Of a stretch of DNA of 64,000 nt, positions 1 through 11,516 are shown piece by piece (the first letter of the stretch is position 1; every line of letters starts with the position of its first letter). Position numbers and translations under genes: made by a program. The DNA is from Macrostomum lignano (lineage: Eukaryota): positions 558,001 through 622,000 of the forward strand of contig NIVC01000010.1 in NCBI GenBank assembly GCA_002269645.1, given 5' to 3'. The notes under the pieces are model-generated. The model ran no database searches. It was not told the DNA's origin and saw only the letters and a list, made by a program, of their open reading frames with translations.

Positions 1-2
1 AC

Positions 3-2851
3 GAGCTGGAACCGTCGCCTCTGACGCAGTACATCCTGGAGAGGCGCGAGCCGCACTCGGCCTGGCAATGTCACGTGCCTCACAGCGCCAAGTCTAGCGC
101 GCCCGAGGCGCAGAAACCTTTTGGCTATTTGAAGCCGGCTAGCAACTTGCAGTCGGTTAATCTGATTGTACTGCCCTACGACTATCCCACACTGTTTGCT
201 CTGCTAGACGAGCTGATTAAATTGCACAAGATGAAGCCAACTGACCAGTGGCGGGCTCGCTTTGCCGAATACCTGCGGCGGATGCCGTCTTATTATGGAC
301 AGCCTTTGGCCAGGGCTATGGAGAAATTGGGCGTGAAGGGTGTGGTGCCGGATCAGGTGAGCTGGAGTGTTGGTTAATCAACACTCTGCTCAATGTTTTC
401 CCTCATATAAAGCTGTCACTCAAATTCCATAATTAAGTTTGAGCTGTCACTCAAATTCCATAATTCAGTTTGAGGTGTCACTCAAATCCCATAATTCAGT
501 TTGAGCTGTCACTCAAATCCCATAATTCAGTTTGAGCTGTCACTCAAAACTCATAATTCAGCTTGAGCTGTCACTCAAAACTCAAAATTCAGCTTGAGCT
601 GTCACTTAAATCCCATAATTCAGCTTGAGCTGTCACTCAAATCCCATAATTCAGCTTGAGCTGTCACTCAAATCCCATAATTCAGCTTGAGCTGTCACTC
701 AAATTCCATAATTCAGTTTGAGCTGTCACTCAAATCCCATAACTCAGCTTGAGCTGTCACTCAAATTCCATAATTCAGCTTGAGCTGTCACTCAAATTCC
801 ATAACTCAGCTTGAGCTGTCACTCAAATTCCATAATTCAGCTTGAGCTGTCACTCAAATCCCATAATTCAGCTTGAGCTGTCACTCAAATTCCATAATTC
901 AGCTTGAGCTGTCACTCAAATCCCATAATTCAGCTTGAGCTGTCACTCAAATTCCATAATTCAGCTTGAGCTGTCACTCAAATTCCATAATTCAGTTTGA
1001 GCTGTCACTCAAATCCCATAATTCAGTTTGAGCTGTCACTCAAATCCCATAATTCATTTGAGCTGTCACTGAAATCCCATTTCTTAAATCTCATTTCTCA
1101 AATCCCATAATTCAGTTTAAAAGCTGTCACTCAAATCCCATATTTCAGCTTGAGCTGTCGCTCAAATCCCATTTCTCAATTCCCATAATTCAGCTTGAGC
1201 TGTCGCTCAAATCCCATTTCTCAATTCCCATAATTCAGCTTGAGCTGTCGCTCAAATCCCATTTCTCAAATTCCATAATTCAGCTTGAGCTGTCGCTCAA
1301 ATCCCATTTCTCGAATTCCATAATTCAGCTTAAGCTGTCACTCAAATCCCATTTCTCAAATCCCATAATTCAGCTTAAGCTGTGGCTCAAATCCCATTTC
1401 CTACCAACTCTAGCATTACCACCCCTGATCCCACCCCGCCCCCTCAGGTGTCGCACGCGGTCCCCGTGAGTCCGGCTGTCCAGTCCTACCTGAAAAAAGT
1501 CCGCGTCGCCGCCAAAGCCGAATACGACCGGGTGGTGGTGGCCACGGCAGCCAGCAACCAGCAGCACCCCGAGGAGGGCCGGTTCATTGAAGTTGCCCGG
1601 CCCTGCGTGGTGCCCCTTCCAGACATTGATCTGCAGCTGGTTGCCAGGGGCAACCAAATCCCAGCTCAGCCGCCGCCGCAGCAGCCGCCACTTCGACTTC
1701 AAGTGATCAGCCAGCAGCAGCAGCTTCAGTTGCAGCAGCAGCAGCAGCCTTCGGAAGCCAACAGGCCGTATCAGAATCCTTTTCACGTGCCCAGGGAATC
1801 CTTGCGCACCTGCTTAGTTCAGATGCGGGCCAACCTGCTGGCCGCGCTACGAGGCGCGTCGCCGGTTCACGACGACTCTCGACACAGCCAGCCGGTGTCG
1901 GTGATGGGCAACTACACCGAGTATTTAAAGCGCCAGCCGCCGCCGCTGAGGGAGCTCGACTCCAGCCCGCTGCGGCTGCACACCTTCGGCAATCCGTTCA
2001 AGCTGGCCAAGCAGATGAAGCAGGTCGGCTTTCAGGCCGTCGACGAAGCCGACGAGCTTCAGCAGCTGGCTAGCAACCGGAAGCGGCCGCACTCTGGCGG
2101 AGTTGGTGGCGCCGGCGGTGTCGGCGGCGGCGGCGGCAGCGTCGGTCCAGCCGGCATCGATTTATCGTCGCCGTCGTTGCCAAAGCGACGCAAGCCGGGG
2201 CCGCTGCCGCCGGAGGTGACACTCCGGTCGCTGCGAACTCCGCCGCCGTCGCCGGCGCCGCACCGGCGAGACTCTATCGACTCGCTGACTTCGGCGTCGA
2301 CAATCAGCGGCTTCGGAGATGTCGCAAATCTGTCAACTAGCGACGCGTCGATGCCTTCTTCGCCGAAATCGCCAACGTCGCCGAATTCGCCGATGTCGCC
2401 GCCGAGGCTGCTGCCAGCGGACGGGGGCGACGATTTCGGTGGCGACATCGACAACACCTGCGCTGATTCTTCATCGACGTCCGCTGACCATCGCCAGCCG
2501 TCTTCGCCATCGTCGCCGCCGACCTTGTCGCCAGCCGCGGCCGCTGCTGCCGCCGTTCTCGACGAGCGTCGACACTTTGAAGCTGCCGATCGACTGCTGA
2601 CGCGGCTGCTGCCGGCGGTGCGTGGCTGCCCGCTGGCGGGCCTGTCGGACCTGCTGGACCAGATTGTCGCCTGTCGGTGCCGATCCGACCAGCGCCGGGC
2701 CGTGGTGGCCTGTCTGGAGGCGGAGGCGGCCAGGTTCCGTCGGCGGGATCTTGTCAAACTGCTCCGGCGGGTGGCCCGCTGGCTGGACTCGGTTGGGGAC
2801 GACGCTGAAGCCCTGATGCCGGAGCTGGCGGCCGCGGTTGCCGATAGTTGA
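3..2851 (+). CDS. INTS6: Integrator complex subunit 6 (INTS6/DDX26), 3' part; exons <3-356 and 1448-2851
   Basis: Exon 3-356 reads ELEPSPLTQYILERR...PFGYLKPASNLQSVNLIVLPYDYPTLFALLDELIK...WRARFAEYLRRMPSYY, matching INTS6 motifs. Phase-0 intron 357-1447 (CAG|gtgagc ... cctcag|GTG). The last exon has SYLKK, RLHTFGNPFKL, DEADE, KRRKPGPLP and C-terminal EAARFRRRDLV. The 5' end is off-window. Confidence 0.92.
410..1395. repeat. 31-bp minisatellite in INTS6 intron (ttcagcttgagctgtcactcaaatcccataa)
   Basis: About 30 tandem copies fill the intron and degenerate toward the acceptor. Confidence 0.95.
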
Positions 2852-3711
2852 ACAGCTGGAGCGTCTGCTGTGTCTGAGAAACTTTGTGTGAACGTGCTGT
2901 GATTGAATTCAAGGACTGATATTAGTAGTGAGGGCGTAGCATGTCAGAACTGTTGCCTACTACCCGACCAGATACTCAGTTGCTGGGCCAGCCTCCCAGA
3001 TCCTCAGCTGCTGGGCCAGCCTCCCAGAGTATTAAATGTGTTAAGTCCTGTTACTACTCAATTTTTGTCCTTGATTTACTACCACTAACTAGTTTAATTT
3101 GCTTATCTTAATAGCTGTTTCAGTTGATGCATAACTTTCATAAAGTGCATTTTTGTAGCATTAAAAATTTGCATTGTTTGAAGTTTTATTTGTCATGTTG
3201 TCAGGTTATAATTCTGTTCATAATTATAAGATAGGAAGGGCATCAGGAAGATTTGTGTAAAAAAGTTAATAAGCATGGAAAATAGAACTATTAACTATTG
3301 AGTAAGTAGTGTACAGCATAACGTCTTTCAACCATTATTTATGCTATCTAACTAAAATCCAATAGTCTTTAGTAATCATCAGAAAGGCAGCGATGGGTAA
3401 TGGTTGGAAAGTAATCCCAAAGTTTAAAGACTAACCATTTGTTCACTATTTTTCAAAATAAAAATTTTTTGAGACACACTACTTCTAGTAAGCAACAAGA
3501 ATATTGTGTGTGCTAAACAAAAAATATGTATTATATGCGCTTTAATTGGCAGCAAAAGAATATGAATGCTTTCTAATTTTTTTAATAAACTGCTTCAAGT
3601 ATATATGGCATCGTAAATTAAAACAGTTCTCTAATAAGCCTCAGGTAAAAATCGTATAACCTATGACCCTCGTGCAAGAGTATGGCTTGGGTTAGGGTTA
3701 GATCCCCTTAA

Positions 3712-4548
3712 AAAGATCGCCCTCTGACCCCCATTACAGGAATCGCCCTCTGACCCCTATTACAAGAATCGCCCTCTGACCCCCATTACAAGAATCGCTC
3801 TCTGACCCCCATTACAAGAATCGCCCTCTGACCCACATTACAAGAATCGCCCTCTGACCCCCATTACAAAAATCGCCCTCTGACCCCCATTACAAAAATC
3901 GCCCTCTGACCCCCATTACAAGAATCGCCCTCTGACCCACATTACAAGAATCGCCCTCTGACCCCCATTACAAGAATCGCCCTCTGACCCCCATTACAAG
4001 AATCGCCCTCTGACCCACATTACAAGAATCGCCCTCTGACCCCCATTACAAGAATCGCCCTCTGACCCCCATTACAAGAATCGCTCTCTGACCCCCATTA
4101 CAAGAATCGCCCTCTGACCCACATTACAAGAATCGCCCTCTGACCTCCATTACAAGAATCGCCCTCTGACCCCCATTACAAGAATCGCCCTCTGACCCCC
4201 ATTACAAGAATCGCCCTCTGACCCCCATTACAAGAATCGCCCTCTGACCCCCATTACAATAAACGCCTTCTGACCGCCATTACAAGAATCGCCCTCTGAC
4301 CCCCATTACAATAAACGCCTTCTGACCCCCATTACAAGAATCGCCCTCTGACCCCCATTACAAGAATCGCCCTCTGACCGCCATTACAAGAATCGCCCTC
4401 TGACCCCCATTACAAGAAAAGCCCTCTGACCCCCATTACAAGAATCGCCCTCTGACCCCCATTACAAGAATCGCCCTCTGACCCCCATTACAAGAATCGC
4501 CCTCTGACCCCCATTACAATAAACGCCCTCTGACCCCCATTACAAGAA
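3712..4548. repeat. 26-bp minisatellite (aagaatcgccctctgacccccattac)
   Basis: About 32 tandem copies between INTS6 and the PTAR1-like gene. Confidence 0.95.
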
Positions 4549-5015
4549 TCTCTTCCTCTCACCGCGCGTCGTGCTTACAAGCAAAAAAGGAAACTTTAGG
4601 TTTTCAGAACTTGAACTCAGACACATCAGGGTTGCACTTTTATCAATTTTTTCGATGCCTAAGTATATAATGTGGGCTTTCTAACATTCACATTCGATTT
4701 ATACAGCTGCATACCATCATTCCAGCGCGGAGCTTTTTTATTTCCTCAATTTATACTTCTCATTTCCGTTGTTTCCTCGTATACTTGTGCCTCACCTTGA
4801 TCAGCGCGCTAGGGCATTGGCAACTCGGCTACTCTTTTTACCCTTACCCTACATGTCCCTATCTGGCAAGTAATGATTATAATAATAAAAGAATCCCATC
4901 TTCCAATCCCGCTAATTGATTCGGTCAATGCGCCCAGATTTTGGAACCCTCGCACTAACGGTTCTAGGCCTGATTGTTTAACAGTGGATATGCCAGTCTA
5001 CCTACTTTGTTAATT

Positions 5016-8006
5016 ATGATTGTTATTTTGATTCTGTTCCAGTCGGTTCGAATCGATATTGCCGAGTTTCTCGATTGGTTTTCGCGGCATCTGCCTGTCG
5101 CGTAAGTCTTTGATACCTGTTATCAGATGCTGAGTGTACATTCTTTAATACCTGTTATCAGATGCTGAGTGTACATTCTTTAATACCTGTTATCAGATGC
5201 TGAGTGTACATTCTTGATACCTGCTATCAGATGCTGAGTGTACATTCCTTGATACCTACTATCAGATGCTGAGTGTACATTCCTTGATACCTACTATCAG
5301 ATGCTAAGTGTACATTCTTTGATACGCGCTATCCGATTCTGAATGTACATTCTTTGATACCCGCTATCCGATTCTGAATGTGCATTCTTTGATACCCGCT
5401 ATCCGATTCTAAATGTACATTCTTTGATACCCGCTATCCGATTCTGAATTTACATTCTTTGATACCCGCTATCTGATTCTGAATGTGCATTCTTTGATAC
5501 CCGCTACCCGATTCTGAATGTAAATTCTTTGATACCCGCTATCCGATTCTGAATTTACATTCCTTGGTCCCTTTCCCATCTTTGACTCTGAGTGTACATT
5601 CTTTTTCATCCACCTACCTTTGATTCTGTTCCGAGTGTACATTGACAATCCTAGTTTTTGTTTAAACTCTTTCCTTCTACATTTAGACAAATTTATCAAC
5701 TGCATGACACCACTGACAATGCAGAACTACCTGCGAGTTCCTGCCGCACCATTCGGAGCACACGGCCGCAGTTGCTGAGCCGCCCGCCTACGCGTGCATC
5801 GATGGCCACATGGGTATTTGCAGCTGCGTTGCCAAAGCCACCATGCGGTTGGCGTACTTTTCCGCGGATGGCAACGACCAGATCAGAGCTCGTCTGCCTA
5901 ATCACCTGCGCATGGACGTGCAGGATGAAAGAGTACGGTGTTGATGAATTCTTACCGGTTTATGGAGGGGAAGCTTGAACAGCTTTTAAGGGGTGACTTT
6001 ATGAGAATGTTGGTCTGTCATTAAGGGTTGTATTGTGAAACGGTTGGTTTGTAAAGGGGTTGGTTTGTGAGGGGGTTGGGTTGTGAGGGGGTTGGATTGT
6101 GAGGGGGTTGGGTTGTGAGGGGGGGTTGGGTTGTGAGGGGGTTGGATTGTGAGGGGGTTGGTTTGAAAGGGGTTGGATTGTGGGGGGGTGGATTGTAGGG
6201 ATTGGTTTGTGAGGGGGTGGATTGTAGGGATTGGTTTGTAAGGGGGTGGATTGTAGGGATTGGTTTGTAAGGGGGTGGATTGTGGGATTGGTTTGTGAGG
6301 GGGTTGGACTGTGAGGGGGTTGGACTGTGAGGGGTTGGATTGTGAGGGGTTGGATTGTGAAGGGGTTGGATTGTGAGGGGGTTGGTTTGAAAGGGGTTGG
6401 GTTGTGAAGGGGTTGGATTGTGAGGGGGTTAGATTGTGGGGGTTGGTTTGTGAGCGGGAGGATTGTGAGGGGTTTGGATTGTGAGGTGGGGTTGGATTGT
6501 GAGGGGGTTGGATTGTGAGAGAGGGTTGATTTTAAGGGGTTGACTTTTTGAGGTTGGTATGTCATTAAGGGGTTGTATTGTGAAGGGGTTGTTTTGTGAA
6601 TATGTTGTTTTTGAAGGGATTGGTTTCAGGGGGTTAGCCTCACTGAAAAGATAGTAGTGTAGGATTTGTGTATTTAAATATTGAAAAGAACTTTAAAGAA
6701 ATGTTATTAACGCTTGTAATAATTTATTGCTTTAATCTTATTAAACAACGAACACGATCTGTGCGCAATCTTTGGCCTTTCAGACTCTTCTAGATGTTCT
6801 CTTACTAATTAACACGGAGGTTGCCACGCTGTGGAACATTCGGTAAGTGCGCAAATTAAATCTCAGGGGTCACTGTCTGCGAGATAGAAGGTTGAAAAAT
6901 TACTTTTTTTCCTAAATTTTCAGACGTTGCCACTACGATCAGCTTACTGCCTCCGATGCCTCGTTGTTAAGCAAAGCTGAGATAGAAAGCGAGCTTAACT
7001 ACGTTAAATTGTGTTTAAGCGTTCGGCCCAAGTCGCAGACTGTGTTCGTGTACAGGTGAAATTATCGATAGTTATTGTCATTTGACTGCATACGATTTAG
7101 GTTACGGTTTCATTTAGGCTTGGCGTTTAGTTTAGGGCAGGGGTCGACAAACTTTTACTTGAAGGGCCAGATGAAAGTGAGAGAGGAATAGAGGAGAAAA
7201 GAGGAAAGGTGAGAGCAGATATGAGATATGATATGTGGGATGAGAGAAGAGAAGAGAGAGAAGATCGATATCCGAGGGCCGGATAGAGAGGCTTCGCGGG
7301 CCGCGTGTGGCCAGAGTTTGCCGAACCTTGGTTTAGGGTGTAGTTTAGGGCTTTGGTTAGGTATTAGCTTAGGCTTAGGGTTAAAGATTAGGGTTAGGGT
7401 TGGAAGTCAATTGTTATAAACCGGATTTTAATTGTCAATTTAGAACTCAAGAAGAAACAGAACAAACCTAGATCTCGATGTTTTATTGGGTCACGGTCTT
7501 TATCTTCATTAGTATTAATTTTCGCAAACACAAATCCTACATTGCTCAGACACTGGTTGCTAAGCCGTTGCCAGGGCCAGTGGATTTCAAACAATCCAGC
7601 CATCCTATCCGAGGTCCGGCTGGCCATAGACTGCGCCAGGCGCCACAAGCACAACTATGCCGCTTGGGACTATGCCAGACAGGTTGTGTCTATGGCCCCA
7701 ACTGGCAGTGCCACAGAACTGCTGGAACAGTCGCTAAGCGCCACCGCACAGTTTCAAGAGTCCTGCCTTGCCGACATCTCCGCTGTCAATTTTAAAATCT
7801 ATCTATTAGACAGATGTCAACCAGAATTTATCGTTGTCGAGACCAATTGGCTCTGCGATTTGCTGGACTTCTATCCATTGTTTGCCAGTCTGAATGTGCT
7901 GGCCAAGTATCTCGGCTGCAAACTGACTGAGCTGTCCGCTTCTGGCTCCGATTCGGTTCAACTGGCCAAGAAAGCTCTGCATGAGCGGCTGGGTAAACCT
8001 GACTGA
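5016..8006 (+). CDS. PTAR1: Protein prenyltransferase alpha-subunit repeat protein (PTAR1-like); exons 5016(or 5043)-5101, 5725-5932, 6784-6842, 6924-7055, 7550-8006 (~313 aa)
   Basis: All four introns are GT-AG and phase-compatible. The peptide has LLLINTEVATLWNIRR, ELNYVKLCLSVRPKSQTVFVYRHWLL and EVRLAIDCARRHKHNYAAWDYARQVV, matching PPTA repeats of PTAR1. The start codon is uncertain: in-frame ATG at 5016, or an acceptor at 5042. Confidence 0.8.
5112..5560. repeat. ~34-bp minisatellite in PTAR1 intron 1 (gatacctgttatcagatgctgagtgtacattctt)
   Basis: About 13 copies, with a gradient of unit variants along the array. Confidence 0.9.
6040..6600. repeat. G-rich ~15-bp minisatellite (ggggttggattgtga) in PTAR1 intron 2
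   Basis: Degenerate tandem G-run units with G-quadruplex potential. Confidence 0.85.
7138..7330. mobile_element. Non-autonomous hAT-like MITE (193 bp) in PTAR1 intron 4
   Basis: Imperfect TIRs CAGGGGTCGACAAAC / GTTTGCCGAACCTTG; exact 8-bp TSD GTTTAGGG at 7130-7137 and 7331-7338; internal GGGCCAGA/GGGCCGGA/GGGCCGC motifs. Confidence 0.8.
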
Positions 8007-8029
8007 GTAGCCTGCTCACTGAATTGGCT

Positions 8030-9095
8030 GGTTCTTCGGGGGCTGCCCCTCTCCTCCAGTTATTCAGGGGCTGTTCCTCTCCTTCGGTTGTTCAGGGGCT
8101 GCCCCTCTCCTCCGGTTGTTCAGGGGCTGTTCCTCTCCTTCGGTTGTTCAGGGGCTGCCCGTCTCCTCCGGTTGTTCAGGGGCTGCCCGTCTCCTTCGGT
8201 TCTTCAGGGGCTGCCCGTCTCCTCCGGTTGTTCAGGGGCTGTTCCTCTCCTCCGGTTCTTAAGGGGCTGCCCGTCTCCTCCGGTTGTTCAGGGGCTGCCC
8301 ATCTCCTCCGGTTGTTCAGGGGCTGCCCCTCTCCTCCGGTTTTTCAGGGGCTGCCCGTCTCCTCCGGTTGTTCAGGGGCTGCCCGTCTCCTGTTGTTTAG
8401 GGGCTGCCCGTCTCCTCCGGTTCTTCAGGGGCTGCCCATCTCGGTTGTTCAGGGGCTGCCCGTCTCCTCCAGTTTTTCAGGGGCTGCCTGTCTCCTCCGG
8501 TTCTTCAGGGGCTGCCTGTCTCCTCCTGTTGTTTAGGGGCTGTTCCTCTCCTCCGGTTGTTTAGGGGCTGTTCCTCTCCTCCGGTTGTTTAGGGGCTGTT
8601 CCTCTCCTCCAGTTCTTCAGGGGCTGCCCATCTCCTCCGGTTCTTCAGGGGCTGCCCGTCTCCTGTTGTTCAAGGGCTGCCCGTCTCCTGTTGTTCAGGG
8701 GCTGCCCGTCTCCTCCGGTTCTTCAGGGGCTGCCCGTCTCCTCCGGTTGTTCAGGGGCTGCCCGTCTCCTCCTGTTGTTCAGGGGCTGCCCGTCTCCTCC
8801 GGTTGTTCAGGGGCTGCCCGTCTCCTGTTGTTCAGGGGCTGCCCGTCTTCTCCTGTTGTTCAGGGGCTGCCCGTCTCCTCCGGTTGTTCAGGGGCTGCCC
8901 GTCTCCTGTTGTTCAGGGGCTGCCCGTCTCCTCCTGTTGTTCAGGGGCTGCCCGTCTCCTCCGGTTGTTCAGGGGCTGCCCGTCTCCTGTTGTTCAGGGG
9001 CTGCCCGTCTCCTCCGGTTCTTCAGGGGCTGCCCGTCTCCTCCGTTTCTTCAGGGGCTGCCCGTCTCCTCCGTTTCTTCAGGGGCTGCCCGTCCG
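8030..9095. repeat. ~28-bp GC-rich minisatellite (ttcaggggctgcccgtctcctccggttg)
   Basis: Tandem array starting just after the PTAR1 stop; source of the spurious ORFs at 8024-9164. Confidence 0.95.
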
Positions 9096-10986
9096 CTGAT
9101 TTTTCAGAGACTATCGCTTCGTCCCTGCACTGGTATTCTAAATTGTTTTGAAGCATTTAGATAATTTTGGCAATGCCAATTCAGACTATTCAGTATTTTA
9201 AGATACCGAATGCTTGTGTATAATTGTACATTAAGAGTTTTAGTTCTCATTATATTATACGGCGCATATAGGAATTTTTTCTTTTTACAAGGATCGGCAA
9301 ACCCAATGTGTGTCTCTTTTTAGTTTTCTTACCTCCTCCGATTCCTGTTTCAAAAGTACATTCAAATCTAAAAGAAGGTGCGATCAAATAAAAAGCAATA
9401 AAAATGGTTTTGACACTGTAACCTACCATTTCTTGTACATGTAACTCTGTGAATAAAGTTATTGTAAAATCACACAACTGCTGACTCATCATTCTGAATA
9501 TGAAATTCGTATATTTCCTAGCTAACATGGGACTGTTCTACTTTGCAATAACACTGTGCAAGCGATCGTATTGAATTTCCCCAAATAGCTAGCTAGTGGA
9601 GGCTTCGGGATTCTGAACGTTTGCTTAACAGAGAGAGACCGTCTCTGTGAGCAAATCAGGGAGAAAAAATCACCCAACCCCAGTCTGCGCTGTTTGTGCG
9701 ATGTCGCTAGCGCAAATTTGAATAGCGCAGTTAAGCAGGCTTGCGTGCTGGGTTTAGCTTAGCTAAGCACATAAAAGCAGCTTTGTTGCCGATAGAAAAG
9801 TATTGCATTATTGAGATAAAAAGTTTTCACTGCCTAATATCGGGTATCTCTATAGATAAGCTGCCTTCAAGTCGTATAGAATTTCTGTTGAATAAGTTTG
9901 CTAGCCCTACATGCAGGTAGAATTTGTGTTTACAGGTAGCTTATATTGTACGTGTGCTCTTGTCGAATGCAATTCAGTATTGTATGGAAGCCGATTGCGA
10001 AAATGTTTTAATGCTAGCTACTAAAAAATACCCACAGTAGTCTCATTCTTTAGCGAAGGAACTTGAGTAGCTCGGGTAATGTGTTGTACTAATTGGTTTA
10101 ATTTAATTTTTTCGAAGATTCTAGTAAAATTTGTTGTTATTAACCATGCATGTAAGGCTCGTAGTTAACAGCATGCAATCTTGTGTGATGATGTCGATCA
10201 TCCCGTACATGTCATTAATTAAGCAACTGCAAGGTACAGTATTTGAATTAGCATCTTAAAGTAAGGCATCAAATATCAATACAAACGTATCTGATTAGTA
10301 CATGTACTAATTACGGTTTTTGTACTGTTAGTCCGCTACATGTATACATGTTTAGGTGCTTGGATTGACAGTGCATGCCATTCGTTATTATGCACAGTAC
10401 ATGTAAATGTAGACTTGCAATTGAAGCCTTCAAACAAGCCGAGGCATTATAAATAAGGGTACGATTTATAAAATGTTGGCAAACATTCAATATCTATTTT
10501 TATTGAACTGCACATCATTAACTTGCTATCTGATACCTTGACAAGTGTATCATATTATTAAAGAAGTTGACCGGACACAATGGATAATGAATTACATGCT
10601 AATGATATTTACATGTACGTGCATTGCATACAGCTAAACTGCTTTTTGCCGTCACAAAGGCATGATGGAACGAGCACAAACATTAATAACCATTGTAGCT
10701 AGCAAAAAAATTTAACTTTCTGTTATTAGTTGATCTCTGTTACAGCTAGCTTCTTTAATTTGTATTGTTTAGCTTTACATGTTTAGCTAGAAAAATTAAT
10801 AACATATACATTAGTTTACGGAAGACATACCCAAAGACAAAACAGACAGCAAGAGACGGGACGCTAGAAAAAAACATAACGAAATTATGTTTTGGTTCAA
10901 GACCGGCTGAAACGCATCTAAGGACTGTCGCTGTTCAAAAAAACCAAAGTTAAAAAAAACAGAATTGAACCAGGACAGGGCCTACA

Positions 10987-11044
10987 CAAGGACGACTGTA
11001 GTTTATAACCGCTAGGCTAGTGTATACTACTACAGTGGTCCTTG
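10987..11044. mobile_element. 58-bp miniature hAT-like foldback element
   Basis: TIRs CAAGGACGACTGTAGT / ACTACAGTGGTCCTTG; near-identical 8-bp flanks GGCCTACA / GGCTTACA. Confidence 0.65.
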
Positions 11045-11065
11045 GGCTTACACTGCAGGGAAGAT

Positions 11066-11481
11066 AAGGTGGCCGTAGCCTCTAGTGTTCTGGCGCGGCG
11101 CTCTATGATGTTCCAGCGGCCCAGGCTCGATTCCAAGTGCAGTCGCATTAATTTGGGGCTAAATTGGAATCTCGGCTTGGCTCTGCTCGTGCAATTAACA
11201 CCTTTGAGGGCCAACCCCCCCCCCAAATGCAAGGCACAGTGAGTGTACATGCCTAACGATTAATAAAGTCAGGGCTGCTGTACACTCCTGTGTGCGTACA
11301 TGTATGGCCGCTTGTGTGCCTGCTCAGGGGAGTCGGCGGAATGGACAGCAATGCCGATTTCGCCGGTTGTGTGTCAATGTCGCTTTTAAAGTGCGCCAGG
11401 GTGCACACAAGGACTACTACACTAGATATAACGAAGTGTTCCTAGTGGTCCTTGGGTGCACACAGCCCCCTGCCTCTTAAT
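11066..11481 (+). mobile_element. tRNA-derived SINE, family A, copy 1
   Basis: B-box-like GGCTCGATTCC; body nearly identical to 34788-35122; ends in AATAAAA; interrupted by a 47-bp insertion. Confidence 0.75.
11408..11454. mobile_element. 47-bp miniature hAT-like element inserted in the SINE
   Basis: TIRs CAAGGACTACTA / TAGTGGTCCTTG; exact 8-bp TSD GGTGCACA; absent from the second SINE copy near 35090. Confidence 0.8.
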
Positions 11482-11516
11482 AAAATCACTACGAATACAG
11501 CTCGTGTAGGAGTAGT

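Noticed and set aside
5658-5978. ORF 5658-5978 as the PTAR1 exon product
   Set aside because: The PTAR1-like peptide is in a different frame (5726-5932), fixed by splice phases.
7331-7402. Interstitial telomere
   Set aside because: Only two or three exact TTAGGG units in a degenerate patch.
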